Assembly (NCBI RefSeq): GCF_006345805.1
Contig: NC_043003.1
Location: 84,630,001 to 84,694,000, forward strand
Length of the DNA: 64,000 nt
Direction of reading: 5' to 3'
Source: Octopus sinensis
Taxonomy: Eukaryota
Shown here: piece after piece, positions 1 to 13,136 of the stretch
Layout: each line of letters starts with the position of its first letter
Position numbering within the stretch: position 1 is the first letter of the stretch
Translations under genes and position numbers: made by a program
Notes under the pieces: generated by a model
The model's database searches: none
Told to the model about the DNA's origin: nothing
What the model saw: only the letters and a program-made list of their open reading frames with translations

Positions 1-420
1 CGCCGAGGTCGACTTTGCCTTTCATCCTTTCGGGGTCGATTAAATAAGTACCAGTTTACGCACTGGGGTCGAAATAATCGACTTAATCCGTTTGTCTGTC
101 CTTATTTGTCCTCTCTGTGTTTAGCCCCTTGTGGGTAGTAAAGAAATAGGTATTTCGTATGTCGCTACGTTCTCAGTTATTGTGGGCAATAAAGAAATAA
201 GAAACGTTAGCACCGTTAATATAGGTGAACTGGCAGAAGCGTTAGCACGCCGGACGAAATGCTTAGTGGCGTTTCGTCTTTCTTTACGTTCTGAGTTCAA
301 ATTCAGCCAAAGTCGACTTTGCCTTTCATCCTTTCGGAGTCGATAAATTAAGTACCAGCTGTGTACTGGGGTTGATCTAATCGACTGGCCCCCCTCCCCA
401 AAAATTCCGGGCCTTGTGAC
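1..420 (+). mobile_element. Nested tRNA-derived SINE copies, family C (Meta-like domain)
   Basis: Core GGTCGACTTTGCCTTTCATCCTTTCGG occurs twice, with A-box-like TGGCAGAAGCGTTAGC and B-box GAGTTCAAATTC. The Meta-domain assignment is from memory. Confidence 0.8.
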
Positions 421-747
421 TAGAGGAGAAAAGAATATAATTTTAAATGTCTCTAACTTTAGTTCATTCTGGCAATAAGTTTAAATTACGTCTCCTCTCT
501 TATATAATTGTGATGTCTCAACATCAATACTACAGCCTCACCTGTCGCGAATGTAGGACCACAATCACTGTAACTATTACAAGCATTATCCCTGCTAACA
601 CTACCGTAACTAATAGCACCAATCTCCAACATCTTAATAACCATTACTACTTCATTAACAACCACTGATATCAATTTATATCATCATCACAATCGCAACC
701 ATCTCCACCACAGCACTCAACCATCACCACGATCGTTTCCACTCTAA

Positions 748-782
<35 letters not shown>

Positions 783-929
783 AGTATGTATGTATGTATG
801 TATGTATATATGTATGTATGTCTACGTGTATCATTTTTACTATCTGTGTATGCGTATGAACACGCGCGCACGCACACATACATACATACATACATACATA
901 CATACATACATACATACATACATCATACA

Positions 930-963
<34 letters not shown>

Positions 964-981
964 CATACATACATATATAAA

Positions 982-1289
982 GGCACGTGGTAGAGTTGTT
1001 TGGGCATTCGGCTCACGATCGTAAGGTTGTGAGTTCAATTCCCAGCAGTGTATTGTGTACTTGAGCAAGACACTTTATTTCACGTTGCTCCAGTCCACAC
1101 CACTCAGCTGGCAAAAATGAGTAGTACCTGTATTTCAAAGGGCCAGCCTCGTCACACTTTGTGTCACGCTGAATCTCCCTGAGAACTGCATTAAGGGTAC
1201 TCAGCCACTTGCACGTTAATTTCATGAGCAAGCTCTTCCATTAATCGTATCAGCGGGGACTTTCGTCGTCTTAACCGACGGAGTGCTCC
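982..1289 (+). mobile_element. SINE family B (CORE-like)
   Basis: tRNA-like head (GAGTTCAATTCC), CTTGAGCAAGACACTT core, and the 3' tail shared with other copies in the window. Confidence 0.8.
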
Positions 1290-1344
1290 TAGTATACGTA
1301 CGTACGTTCATGCATACATACATACATACACACACCATATATAT

Positions 1345-1703
1345 ATATATATGAAAGAAGGTTTGAAAATGCAATTTTAAAAGATGTTTATTCACTTGAC
1401 CGGTTTCACTTTTTTAGAAAAAGATTGTCAAAAGTAAAATGTAAAAACTTTGTAAAAGCTTTGTTGTGTAAAGTACTGGTTGTCACAAAATATTACAATA
1501 CATATATACATTCTTTTTCTTATTATTATCAAAGAATGTATATATGTATTTTGATATTTTTGTGATAACCAGTACTTAACACAACAAAGCTTTTACAAAG
1601 CTTTTACATTCTACTTTTGACAATCTTTTTCTAAAAATGTGAAACCGGTCAAGTGAATAAACATCTTTTAAAATTGCATTTTCAAACCTTCTTTCATATA
1701 TAT
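1345..1703. repeat. Fold-back element, ~172-bp arms, ~14-nt loop, flanked by (TA)n
   Basis: 1345-1516 is the reverse complement of 1531-1703 with few mismatches. Each arm contains GAAACCGGTCAAG. Confidence 0.9.
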
Positions 1704-1763
1704 TTCCACTCGTGAGGTACCTTACAACTTCACTTTGTTATACATATATAATATATATATACC

Positions 1764-1884
<121 letters not shown>

Positions 1885-2112
1885 CATACATACATACAGT
1901 GTGGGCCAAAAGTCGCGCTCAAAATAAGTTCAATAGGCTCCAGAATTGTCAAAGACATGCTTCAGTTTTTGTTTTTTATTAAAATTGAATAAAATCAATA
2001 AAATAATGATGAATGCACATGTACCTGTACACGATAGACAAAATCAATAATAATAATTATGTGATGTAATAAGATGGCAAATGTTTTGGTACGTGACTGT
2101 ATATAATGTGTG

Positions 2113-2165
<53 letters not shown>

Positions 2166-2405
2166 ATACATACATACACGCACAAAACGTGAACTGTGTT
2201 TATAGTTACTATAATATGATTCAGATTGCACACACCAGCCTAATCAGAGATATGAGTGTCGTTACACCGCATCGAGAATAAGAGTGAAGTGTGGAACTAC
2301 ATACACATCTGTCCTTTTGCCAATCTACCTGCTTGCCTACCTATATACCTACCTACCTACCTACCTACCTACCTACCTACCTACACACATACATACATAC
2401 ATACA

Positions 2406-2436
<31 letters not shown>

Positions 2437-2913
2437 CTATCTTTCTATTTATCTATTTATCTATTTATCTATTTATCTCACTATCTACCCATCTATCTGT
2501 CTGTCTGTTTTTGTCTCGCAATTTATGTGTTTATCTAACCGTTCACCTATCTATTTTATCTGTGTCTCTATGTCTCTGTGTCGCTGTCTAAACTAGATCT
2601 CTTGTGTCGATTCCAGCAACAATAGAATGACATGTGAACATAAGCGTACAACAATTGAGCAGCGAAAGGACATAACTCTGTCGGTAAACAATAAAACAAA
2701 CGGGTACTTTAAGTCTTCAATCTCTCCAGTCATATTTGAAATGTCACCCAGTCAGTCAGTTAACTAACGGGCCCGCAGGAAGGTATGTAGGTAGAGTTTG
2801 TGCACAAGGATATTGTAGTTGGTATAAAGAGTGAGCTGACTGTGTTGGTTAAGAATGTGTATATATACATACATACATACATACATACATACATACATAC
2901 ATACATACATACA

Positions 2914-2942
<29 letters not shown>

Positions 2943-2944
<2 letters not shown>

Positions 2945-3947
2945 GATGATAGTAACATCGATGATCAAAACAGTTTGTCATGGACCAATAACTGGATTAC
3001 TACCTCCCACTTTAAAGGATATGCGTTTGTAATCCAGGAACAGGAAATATCAACCAAGAACCTGAGGTACAAAAGGGATAGAGATGCAGGAAAATGCAGG
3101 ATTTGCGGAGTTCACTCCTAAGATATCACCCATATCATAAGCAGTTGTCCAAAAATGTCATCACGGTATTATCTACCGATGAGACATGATGTTGTGGCTA
3201 GGACACTCTATAATGAAACCCGTCGAAAGGATAATCCTGAGGACAAAGAAGTAAGAACCCACAATATGGTAGAAGCTATAACCACTCATAATAAAAAGGA
3301 ATACTGGTGGAATGTCCAAGTGAAGACTTCAATAAAATGTAAGCACAACAGATCTGATATAATGATTTGGGATACAGAAACTGCACAACCTTGCTTCCAA
3401 GCAAATGGTCGGTCCAAACTAAATTATAAAGAGAAAAAGAAAACATACATACATACACGCATACATACATACATACATACATACATACATACATACATAC
3501 ATACATACATACATACATACATACATACATACATACATACATACATACATACATACATACATGCATGCATACATACATACATACATACATACATACATAC
3601 ATACATACATGCATGCATGCATGCATACATACATACATACATACATACATACATACATACATACATACATACATACATACATACATCACAGAGAACGAAC
3701 ACAGGAAACTGACTCTGATTCTCCAAATCCAATCTGTTAGTGGCATAGTGAAGATATGTGAGACATTGAACAAAAAAGTGTCAACCTGAATAGATGCACA
3801 CACTTCGGTTTATGTATCGATAGTTCAACCAACACACGAACTCAACTACAACACTGGGAACTCTCTTAACTCAAAAAATCTTGTCGCTTCCTTAGCGACC
3901 GGCTTGAACTCTCTCAAGAAGAACTTAAATAAAACTCAAAAAAAAAC
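2943..3947 (+). mobile_element. R4/Dong-clade non-LTR retrotransposon 3' fragment (CCHC + RLE), interrupted by (TACA)n
   Basis: Peptides GYAFVIQEQEISTKNL, CRICG..*DITHIISSCPKM..RHDVV and KHNRSDIMIWD; C-terminal QIQSVSGIVKICETL after the microsatellite; A-rich tail near 3940. Confidence 0.8.
3444..3684. repeat. (TACA)n microsatellite
   Basis: Direct reading. Confidence 0.95.
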
Positions 3948-4706
3948 CATACATACATATACACATACACACATGATTCGCTTTCTGGAAATACAATCGA
4001 CTAGAGGTAAACAGAAAATATGTAAAATATTCCAGGGATCCTTCATTTGAGATTCCAGGACGGACATATGCAGATAGAATACACATACATGCCCACACAC
4101 ACCCAGTAATGAAGCACACACACTTATGTATAGATACAACATACAGACCTTATTACTTGAGTACAGGTTTATTTGCATTCGTGTAGTGAATGCATGCATA
4201 TTACATACACGCATGAATGTTTTTCTTTTGTTTGTTTGTGTTTTTATCTTTTAGTCAGTACCCATGGTCCATTACTGAACCTCCAAGATGGGTAGGATGG
4301 AGGGAGGAAAATATCCTCAAATCAGAAACTTAGCCCGAAGAATTATAACAAAGTGGATTCCTCTAAAGGTACCCAATGTGTCAGATGGTGAGATTAAAAC
4401 GGATGACGGGTTAAGAAGGCCATAGCACGATTTGAACTCAGAATGCAAAGAGCTGAAACAAATATTGCAAGCTATGCAGTCAGAAGTTCTCATAGTTCCA
4501 CCAATCCACCGCCTTGGACAAGTACTTCCGAAAGGATGTAAGGTAAAGTTGACGTCCGCGGAAAGAACAAAATGTACAGAGAGTCGGAACAAATACCACG
4601 AAGTATTCTGTCCGCGGCAGTAACGACTCTGCTAACATTTTTTACATGGTTAAATGTATATAACTGTATGTATGTATGCATGTGTGTGTGTTTGTGTGTG
4701 TGTGTA

Positions 4707-4768
<62 letters not shown>

Positions 4769-5547
4769 GAAAATAGAATAAACAAGTAAATAACTAGTAT
4801 CAGGTCAAATTATGACATTTATATATTTAAACATTGTCACAACATGAAGCTAGAATTGAATTGTTACAAGAGTTTAAATCACAAGCGCTCGATAAAAGAT
4901 CAGTTAAAGAATGTTCATAAAGGTTATGGTATACACTGGTGTTTTCCCAGAACAGCTATACGCTTAGTTCGAATTATTGGTATTAGGTGAAACTGGTTAT
5001 AGTAAGTAAAAAATGCAAAGCTGGATAAGAAGAAAGGAAGAAAGAGGAAAGTTTGCAAACTGTTCCTTACAGCTGTTTCATTAAAAGACCCCCCAAATAA
5101 TGCATCTCCCTGAATGTGATCGACTGCCAACATTATCTTAGAGATTTTTCCTCCGGTGATGGAACTGATGAAATCTGCATAGCTCTTCTTGAGGTAACTG
5201 TAAGAAACTATCTGCACACATTTTGCCCTCCCCCTTTCCTCTCACTCAGCTTTCGATTTTTTTACTTATTATAACCAGGTTTTTCTCATACCAATTATTC
5301 GGACTTACTGTTTTACGGTTCCAGGAGATAATGCCATTATAAATAGTACTCAACTGCTCTTTTATTGACTTCCTGTATTCTAAACTCCTGTAACATTCAA
5401 TTCTACCCTCATGTTGTTGTGTCAATGTTTAAATGTACGCCATAATCTCACCTGATACCAGTTGTATACATGTCTATACATTTTTTCTATCATATACTTA
5501 CCTGCTCTATTGAAATACGGCCTATATTAGGCATCAGTGTTACTCAT

Positions 5548-5686
5548 TTTTGCCAGCTGAGTGGACTGGAGCAACGTGAATGAAGTGTTTTGCTCAAGAA
5601 CACAACGCGTCGCCCGGTCCAGGAATCGAAACCACGATCTTACGATCATGATGCTGACACCCTAACCACTAGGCCACGCGCCTCCA
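5548..5686 (-). mobile_element. SINE family B, 5' part
   Basis: Reverse complement of the tRNA head plus CTTGAGCAAAACACTT core. Confidence 0.75.
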
Positions 5687-5689
5687 TGT

Positions 5690-6030
5690 GAAGGCGCTTG
5701 GCTCAGTGGTTAGAGCGTCGAGCTTACGATCGATGGGTTGTGAGCTAAAATCCTGGACCGGGCTGCGTGTTGTGTTCTTGAGCAAGACACTTTATTTCGT
5801 GTTGGTCCAGTTCACTCAGCTGTAGAAATGAGTTGCAACATCACTGGTGCCAAGCTGTATCGGCTTTTGCCTTTCTCTTGGATAACATTGGTGGTGTGGA
5901 GAGGGAAGACCGGTATGCATGGGTGACTGCTGGTCTTCCGTAAACAACCTAGCTCGGACTTGTACCTGGGAGGGTAACTTTCTAGGTGCAGTCCCATGGT
6001 CTGTGTCGTGACCGAAAGGAGTTTCAGATT
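5690..6030 (+). mobile_element. SINE family B-related copy with a different tail
   Basis: GGCTCAGTGGTTAGAGCG head, CTTGAGCAAGACACTT core. Confidence 0.75.
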
Positions 6031-6300
6031 AGGCAGCAATAACATTTCTGCTTGTTTAGTTGCGGTTCAAGCTGGAGTTTAGGCAGCAAGTCAACCTGAA
6101 CCCTAATCATATGCACCTATTATGTCATTAAACATAGTATTACCTGAATTAGATGCGTGTGCGTGTTATGTGTATGTCATGTGTGTGTCTGCTTGTGTGT
6201 GTATGTGTGTGTATGTGTGTGTTTGTGTGTGTATGTGTGCATAGTAACAAAAAGGGAGGAGGAGAATTTCGATTATACCCACGTGGTGAGTTGTAATGTA

Positions 6301-6331
<31 letters not shown>

Positions 6332-6342
6332 ATATATATATA

Positions 6343-8100
6343 TGAAATAAAAGAAGGAAAATGCACACAGTTTACATAGTTTTAATATTTTTTTAATATA
6401 TTTTATAAGGGAAAGAGTATTGTGTTTGTTGACCGGTTTCGCTTTCGCTAATCATGACATTGAAATTATTGTAATTGCTCGTCTTTCGGGGAAGAGCTAA
6501 ATAAACATATATATACAAAAACTCAAAAGCTAAGGTAGTGAGATGAAATATGTACAGTGATGGGTTTGTGCTCATGAATTGAAATATTTACTGAGACCAA
6601 AGTTGGTTATGCGTTCATATTTAGACGTATTCTGAATTTTTCGATGAATAAATTTTCTTTATTTGAATGTTCTTATACAGAAATTGCTTCTTTATACTGG
6701 TAGATGAGGAAAACTGCGAAGTTTGGTTGGATATTACCAGAACATCTTTCTATGAGTTAACTCAAAGGAATCTGTCTGTACTGCGGGAACCGGATCTGTT
6801 CCTTATGTAGTGTGGTTCTCCGTTTCAGTGCCATGTCTGTCTGTCCTATATAGTTATGTCCACAACCTGAACATGTAACATAAATTAAAATCTCGAAAGC
6901 ACAAGTGAAGTTGATTTTAATTGTGAACCTCTCTCCTTGTTCGAATAGGAATTCCGAACCTTCCAGTGGGTTGGGGTATGTTCCACAGTTCGAGCATCCA
7001 TATTTTTTAACCGTTTGTTTTGTGGCTGTTGTGTAAAGCTTTACACTTGTTAGAAACCTTTCTGCGATTTGTGTTGCTTTTTGCATTTCATAAATTTATG
7101 TGTTTTCAGAATGTTGTCCGTGTTTTCAGAATGTTGTCCATTTTGGGGGCCCTAGTAAGCATAGGTAGATCTTGTACAATAGAGTTGCATGCCTAGTTGT
7201 TTCTAAAGTAGTGAGTTGATATATACGGTAGTGCTTGAGATGAAGTGTAGTGTTACTTTTTGTTACCCTTAGTGTTCTAATGCCTAATTTCTTGGCACGC
7301 TTAATTCCATTGTCTATAAATGAGAGTGGATATTGCCTTTCAGTTAGTGTTATTCTGAGGCCTTGAAGACAGAAGTCCCGAATATTTCCATCAGACACTA
7401 TTGTGTAAATCTTTTTTACTAAATTAAAGGGGATACTTCATTTGATGTGTTTCAGGTGGCATGAGCTGAACAGGAGATACTGCTTCCAGTCCGTTGGTTT
7501 ATGACAAATGTCAGTTACAATTTGGCTGTTGGCTTTCTTTATCACAATATCTTAGAAAAGGAACTGTTCTTTGCTATATTCCATTGTAAATTGAATGTTA
7601 GGGTTTATAATATTTAGTACAGATTTAAATTCCAAAAGTTTATCAATGGTTTGCTTCCAAATGATAAAGCAGTCATCCAGATATCTTTTCCAGTTCTCTC
7701 TTATATAATGGTGAAATGGATATCCATATTTTTGCAGTGACACTTCATATAGGCTATATTCTAAATATCCCGTGATTAGATTCACAAAAATAGGGGCTGC
7801 TTTCGTTCCCATCGCAATTCCGCATTTTTGACGATAGTAGGTGTTATCAAGTAGGAAATAATTGTTCTGAAGTATAAATTGTAAAGTTTCAATCATAAAA
7901 ATCTGGTTTATGTGTTCCGGAAGTACTTTGGGGTACTTTTCCAGCCAGAATTTTATTGATTCTATTCCATAGTCATGTGGGATATTTGTGTAAAGATTAA
8001 TAACATCGAAAACAATTATGTCTCTTCATTAGTTGTTTTTTGGTAGGTGCTCAAGCATGTCTAGGTCGTCTCTAATGAAACTTTTGATGTATTTTATTTT
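6343..8100 (-). mobile_element. Penelope-like element (Neptune-type), degenerate RT + GIY-YIG
   Basis: RT motifs SFIRD, FDVINLYTNIPHD, GIAMGTKAAP and WKRYLDDCF; Cys-rich linker then IYVTCSGCGHNYIGQT; frameshifts present; 3' tail runs into (TA)n. Confidence 0.9.
6427..6459 (-). ncRNA. Decayed minimal hammerhead ribozyme in the PLE 3' region
   Basis: Minus strand TGTC-ATGATTA-GC-GAAA-GC-GAAAC-CG-GTC-AACA is three substitutions from the canonical TGTT-CTGATGA arrangement. Confidence 0.6.
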
Positions 8101-8364
8101 AAGACAGATGAAGGAGTATACAAGAATATTTTATCCACCATGACAATTGTTTCGACACATCCAGCATCGATCCCTCACAGATGGGACTTAACAGGTTCAG
8201 GAGTGTGTGTGTGTGTGTGTGTGTGGTGTGTGTGTGTGTGTGTGTGTGTGTATTTAGAGAGAGAGATATATAGATACATGCATACATGTATGTATACATG
8301 ATTCTACGACAGGCACTATAGAATTACTAAATATGTGAGTGCCGTGGAGAGGTATGTATGTATA

Positions 8365-8585
8365 TCTATTATATAAAATCCGTTCTGTCTATCTCTGTGT
8401 GTGTCTTCTAGGATCTCGGGCATCCTCCATCCGATTGCGCTCAAATTTGATATGTAGATACCAACGGTATCAGGGCATGTGTATGCCTTGAAAAATTACA
8501 AAAATCGATTCCAGGTGAGAATGCGATCGATAAAGCCGTGGGAACGTGCATTTGTACGCGCAAGTATATCAGCTGTTGCCACTAG
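8365..8585 (+). mobile_element. Non-autonomous Helitron-like 5' fragment
   Basis: Starts A|TCTATTATATAAAA..CTGTCT like the other Helitrons here; a CTAG lies at 8582-8585 but no clear hairpin precedes it. Confidence 0.45.
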
Positions 8586-9108
8586 CTTTTCCATGCCCTT
8601 GAACATCCCGTAAAGTAAATTAGCTTAAAATTAGTTACTTAGTTCCCTAGGTTGTTGAATATCATCAAAAATCGCCCCAAATTGATTTCCTACGTGTTTT
8701 ATCGGATAAACTTATTATTGTCCCAGGTATGTTCTCATAAATTCATCATGCTTTTCCATCTAGATTTACCTCCAGCTAACCCATTTGCATACATCGTTTT
8801 TGTCCTGCTTTTCTTCGGTCAACCTGTACGTAACTGCACCTTCCATTTTTTGTTGTTTTTGTACTGCTTAAAAGCACGTTTTTTTCCTGCCAAGCTTACT
8901 GTTTAACCATGTTTGTGTTCTCCCAGTCAACAGCCTTATCATTACTGGTACTGTAAACTCTTCGGTTTGCATATTTGTGTGAATAAAATCGTTTATAAAG
9001 TCTATCTTTATTTCTTCTTTTGCTGGTGTCTCAAATTTAGGTTAAATCAGTGTTTCTCAAAAGGGAGGCCTACGGGATGGTCGGACAATGTATATGTATG
9101 TATATATA

Positions 9109-9139
<31 letters not shown>

Positions 9140-9304
9140 GGCGTAGGAGTGGCTGTGTGGTAAGTAGTTTGTTTACCAACCACATGGTTCCGGGTTGAGT
9201 CCCACTGCGTGGCACCTTGGGCAAGTGTCTTCTACTATAGCCTCGGGCCGACCAAAGCCTTGTGAGTGGATTTGGTAGACGGAAACTGAAAGAACCCCGT
9301 CGTA

Positions 9305-9342
<38 letters not shown>

Positions 9343-9570
9343 TGGGTGTGTTTGTGTGTCTGTGTTTGTCCCCCTAGCATTGCTTGACAACCGATGTTAG
9401 TGTGTTTATGTCCCCGTTACTTAGCGGTTCGGCAAAAGGGACCGATAGAATAAGTACTGGGCTTATAAAAGAATAAGTCCCGGGGTCGAGTTGCTCGATT
9501 AAAAAAAGGTGGTGCTCCAGCATGGCCGCAGTCAAATGACTGAAACAAGTAAAAGAGTAAAAGAGAGAAA
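9140..9570 (+). mobile_element. SINE family A (CORE-like, internal microsatellite), full length
   Basis: GGCGTAGGAGTGGCTGTGTGGTAAG head, ACCTTGGGCAAGTG core, internal (TA)n, GTAAAAGA tail. Confidence 0.85.
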
Positions 9571-9574
9571 AGAG

Positions 9575-9605
<31 letters not shown>

Positions 9606-9969
9606 TGTATGTATACATATATGTGTGTTTATTGTCTTCTAACATCATAGCCTGATGATACGACTTTCATCTTAACAGAGTAGACTTCGCTGAAGATACA
9701 AAAGTCGTAGCATCTGGCCATATCATAAAAGCAAGTAAACAGCATGTATTCTTGTGCTACATTTATTTCCTTCTTATCATGGATTACTATAATCATTTGA
9801 TTGAAATCCATCTATTTATATATTCATGTACGTGTATGTATGCATGAGTACAAGTACATAATTACATACACAGGCACACACACACATATATGCATACATA
9901 CAACATACATACATACATACATACATATCCGAACGTAGATTGAAAGACAGACAAGCAAACAGACACATT

Positions 9970-10005
<36 letters not shown>

Positions 10006-10008
10006 GGC

Positions 10009-10047
<39 letters not shown>

Positions 10048-10050
10048 TAC

Positions 10051-10104
<54 letters not shown>

Positions 10105-10550
10105 GTGTATGATTTTAATTGTGTATTAAGCTGGACCTAATGCTTTTAGCCAACCATGTGAGACAAAAATAAACAAATGCCTGCATTATGCACACACGTA
10201 CACACACAGACACACACGAACACACACACACACACACACACCACACACACATACTACAACTATATATGTATGCACCCATAGATAAGTTCACTGATGTGCA
10301 TATTTAACGCACATGTGAACGCACCCATTTATACGTGCACACACATGCAAAAACGTGTCCTAGTTTCATATATATACGTGTGTGTGTGTGCGCGTGTGAG
10401 TGTGTGTGTGTGTGTGTATGTGTGTGCATGTATGCCTATATACGTACGTATACCCTTTGGCTTAAATATCTTGAGCTTTACATGTGCATAAATATACACC
10501 TTGTGTAATCACACTTCACTTTTTAAGCATACATGCATATACAGTATGCA

Positions 10551-10589
<39 letters not shown>

Positions 10590-10617
10590 TTTCTCTCTGT
10601 CGCTATATATATATGTA

Positions 10618-10675
<58 letters not shown>

Positions 10676-11559
10676 AAGATTTTCTTCAGGGGCAAATATG
10701 TGACCCAGGAGAAAATCACGCACACACACACAAACACACATGCACACATACTGAATGAGAGAGACAGACAGACAGACATACAGACAGAGAAAGAGCGAAA
10801 CACGAACTACTATTTACCTGACACATATTCACACACGTACGTACACTCCCACATATAGATACACCTACTCACACGAACAGACATACAATCATCAACGTTA
10901 TGTGTTACAATGAATGATGACATTGTTATGATATAGAAACGACCTATTGTTCAACAGAACTGCGTGAAAAAGCCAGACGTTGACATGTTTAAAAGCAAAG
11001 TTACTTGAATTATATATATACACCTGTCACCCGATCCTGTAATGAGCTGTTCCTCTGCCTACTTAAATCATTTTAGCGTGAAAGTAAATTCTCACTGATC
11101 TGAGTCGACGAAATTGCTTTGATTTTCAATACTGATTACTTGAGGAAGTGATTGGTCGGCAGAATCACAAGAACGTTGCACAAAATGTTTTTTACAGTAT
11201 TAGTTTTAATTTTTCTTTTAACCGTTTTATGAGTTCAAATCTCGCAGGGGCCAGCTTCGTATTTCATCCTTCCGGAGCCGATAACATGAAGAGCCGCTGG
11301 GATTGATTCTAATTATTAACCTCCTACTCAAAATTTCTGGCCTCGTGCCGTTATGAAAAATTTATTATAATTTCATATTTTGCATAGGCGTAAGAGTGGC
11401 TGTGTGGTAAGTAGTTTGTTACCAACCACATGGTTCCGGGTTCAGTCCCACTGCGTGGCACCTTGGGCAAGTGTCTTCTACTATAGCCTCGGGCCGACCA
11501 AAGCCTTGTGAGTGGATTTGGTAGACGGAAACTGAAAGAAACCCGTCGTATATATGTAA

Positions 11560-11592
<33 letters not shown>

Positions 11593-12500
11593 AAGATTTT
11601 CTTCAGGGGCAAATATGTGACCAGGAGAAAATCACGCACACACACACAAACACACATGCACACATACTGAATGAGAGAGACAGACAGACAGACATACAGA
11701 CAGACAGACAGACAGACATACAGACAGAGAAAGAGCGAAACACGAACTACTATTTACCTGACACATATTCACACACGTACGTACACTCCCACATATAGAT
11801 ACACCTACTCACACGAACAGACATACAATCATCAACGTTATGTGTTACAATGAATGATGACATTGTTATGATATAGAAACGACCTATTGTTCACAGAACT
11901 GCGTGAAAAAGCCAGACGTTGACATGTTTAAAAGCAAAGTTACTTGAATTATATATATACACCTGTCACCCGATCCTGTAATGAGCTGTTCCTCTGCCTA
12001 CTTAAATCATTTTAGCGTGAAAGTAAATTCTCACTGATCTGAGTCGACGAAATTGCTTTGATTTTCAATACTGATTACTTGAGGAAGTGATTGGTCGGCA
12101 GAATCACAAGAACGTTGCACAAAATGTTTTTTACAGTATTAGTTTTAATTTTTCTTTTAACCGTTTTATGAGTTCAAATCTCGCAGGGGCCAGCTTCGTA
12201 TTTCATCCTTCCGGAGCCGATAACATGAAGAGCCGCTGGGATTGATTCTAATTTATTAACCTCCTACTCAAAATTTCTGGCCTCGTGCCGTTATGAAAAA
12301 TTTATTATAATTTCATATTTTGCATAGGCGTAAGAGTGGCTGTGTGGTAAGTAGTTTGTTTACCAACCACATGGTTCCGGGTTCAGTCCCACTGCGTGGC
12401 ACCTTGGGCAAGTGTCTTCTACTATAGCCTCGGGCCGACCAAAGCCTTGTGAGTGGATTTGGTAGACGGAAACTGAAAGAAACCCGTCGTATATATGTAA

Positions 12501-12532
<32 letters not shown>
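10676..12532. repeat. Tandem duplication of a ~917-bp unit
   Basis: 10676-11592 and 11593-12532 are near-identical; junctions lie in (GT)n. Confidence 0.9.
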
Positions 12533-12534
<2 letters not shown>

Positions 12535-12735
12535 ATTTGCGTGTCTGTGTTTGTCCCCCCAACATCACTTGACAACCTGGTGTGTTTCAGTCGCCGTAAC
12601 TTAGCGGCTCAGCAAGAGACCGATAGTATAAGTACAAGGCTTACAAAGAATAAATCCTGGGGTCGATTTGCTCGACTAAATGCAGTGCTCCAGCATGGCC
12701 ACAGTCAACTGAGTGAAACAAGTAAAAGAGTAAAA
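12326..12735 (+). mobile_element. SINE family A, full length (its 5' half is also present at 11387-11570)
   Basis: Same head, core and tail as 9140-9570. Confidence 0.85.
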
Positions 12736-13136
12736 GAGGAAAAAAGGAAAAGTTGTTTCTCTTTGTGATGTTACAGTTGTTTGTTAGTTCCTTGTGTCCT
12801 GATCGATCAGACCGATGATCAGAAGCATTCCAGCCGTAACCATCTCATCTTATTTTTCATATTTAATGTATCAAGAACTACATTATTCAATGCGGTGTCT
12901 ATTTTTAAAAGTATTAGGACATAATATGATGTAAATTTTTGTATCCGATCTGGTAGGTCAGGTGATCATGTGGACCGCAATATTTATTTTTTACTGAGAG
13001 TTCATCTAAACAAATCTCAATATATTACTGGTCGTCATATTTTATTGACACTGGTTGGGCGAAGGTCAGATAAAATATACTTGAAAATGAGGTCAGATTT
13101 GAAGCGAATTAACGTAAAGGAGTGTAACTAAGTTCA

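Noticed and set aside
4924-5217. 97-aa ORF as a host exon
   Set aside because: No convincing donor or family motif; it overlaps the inverted repeat.
9629-9811. RT-like fragment (also NFLDVTI near 13700-13810)
   Set aside because: Single weak motifs only, not enough to assign an element.
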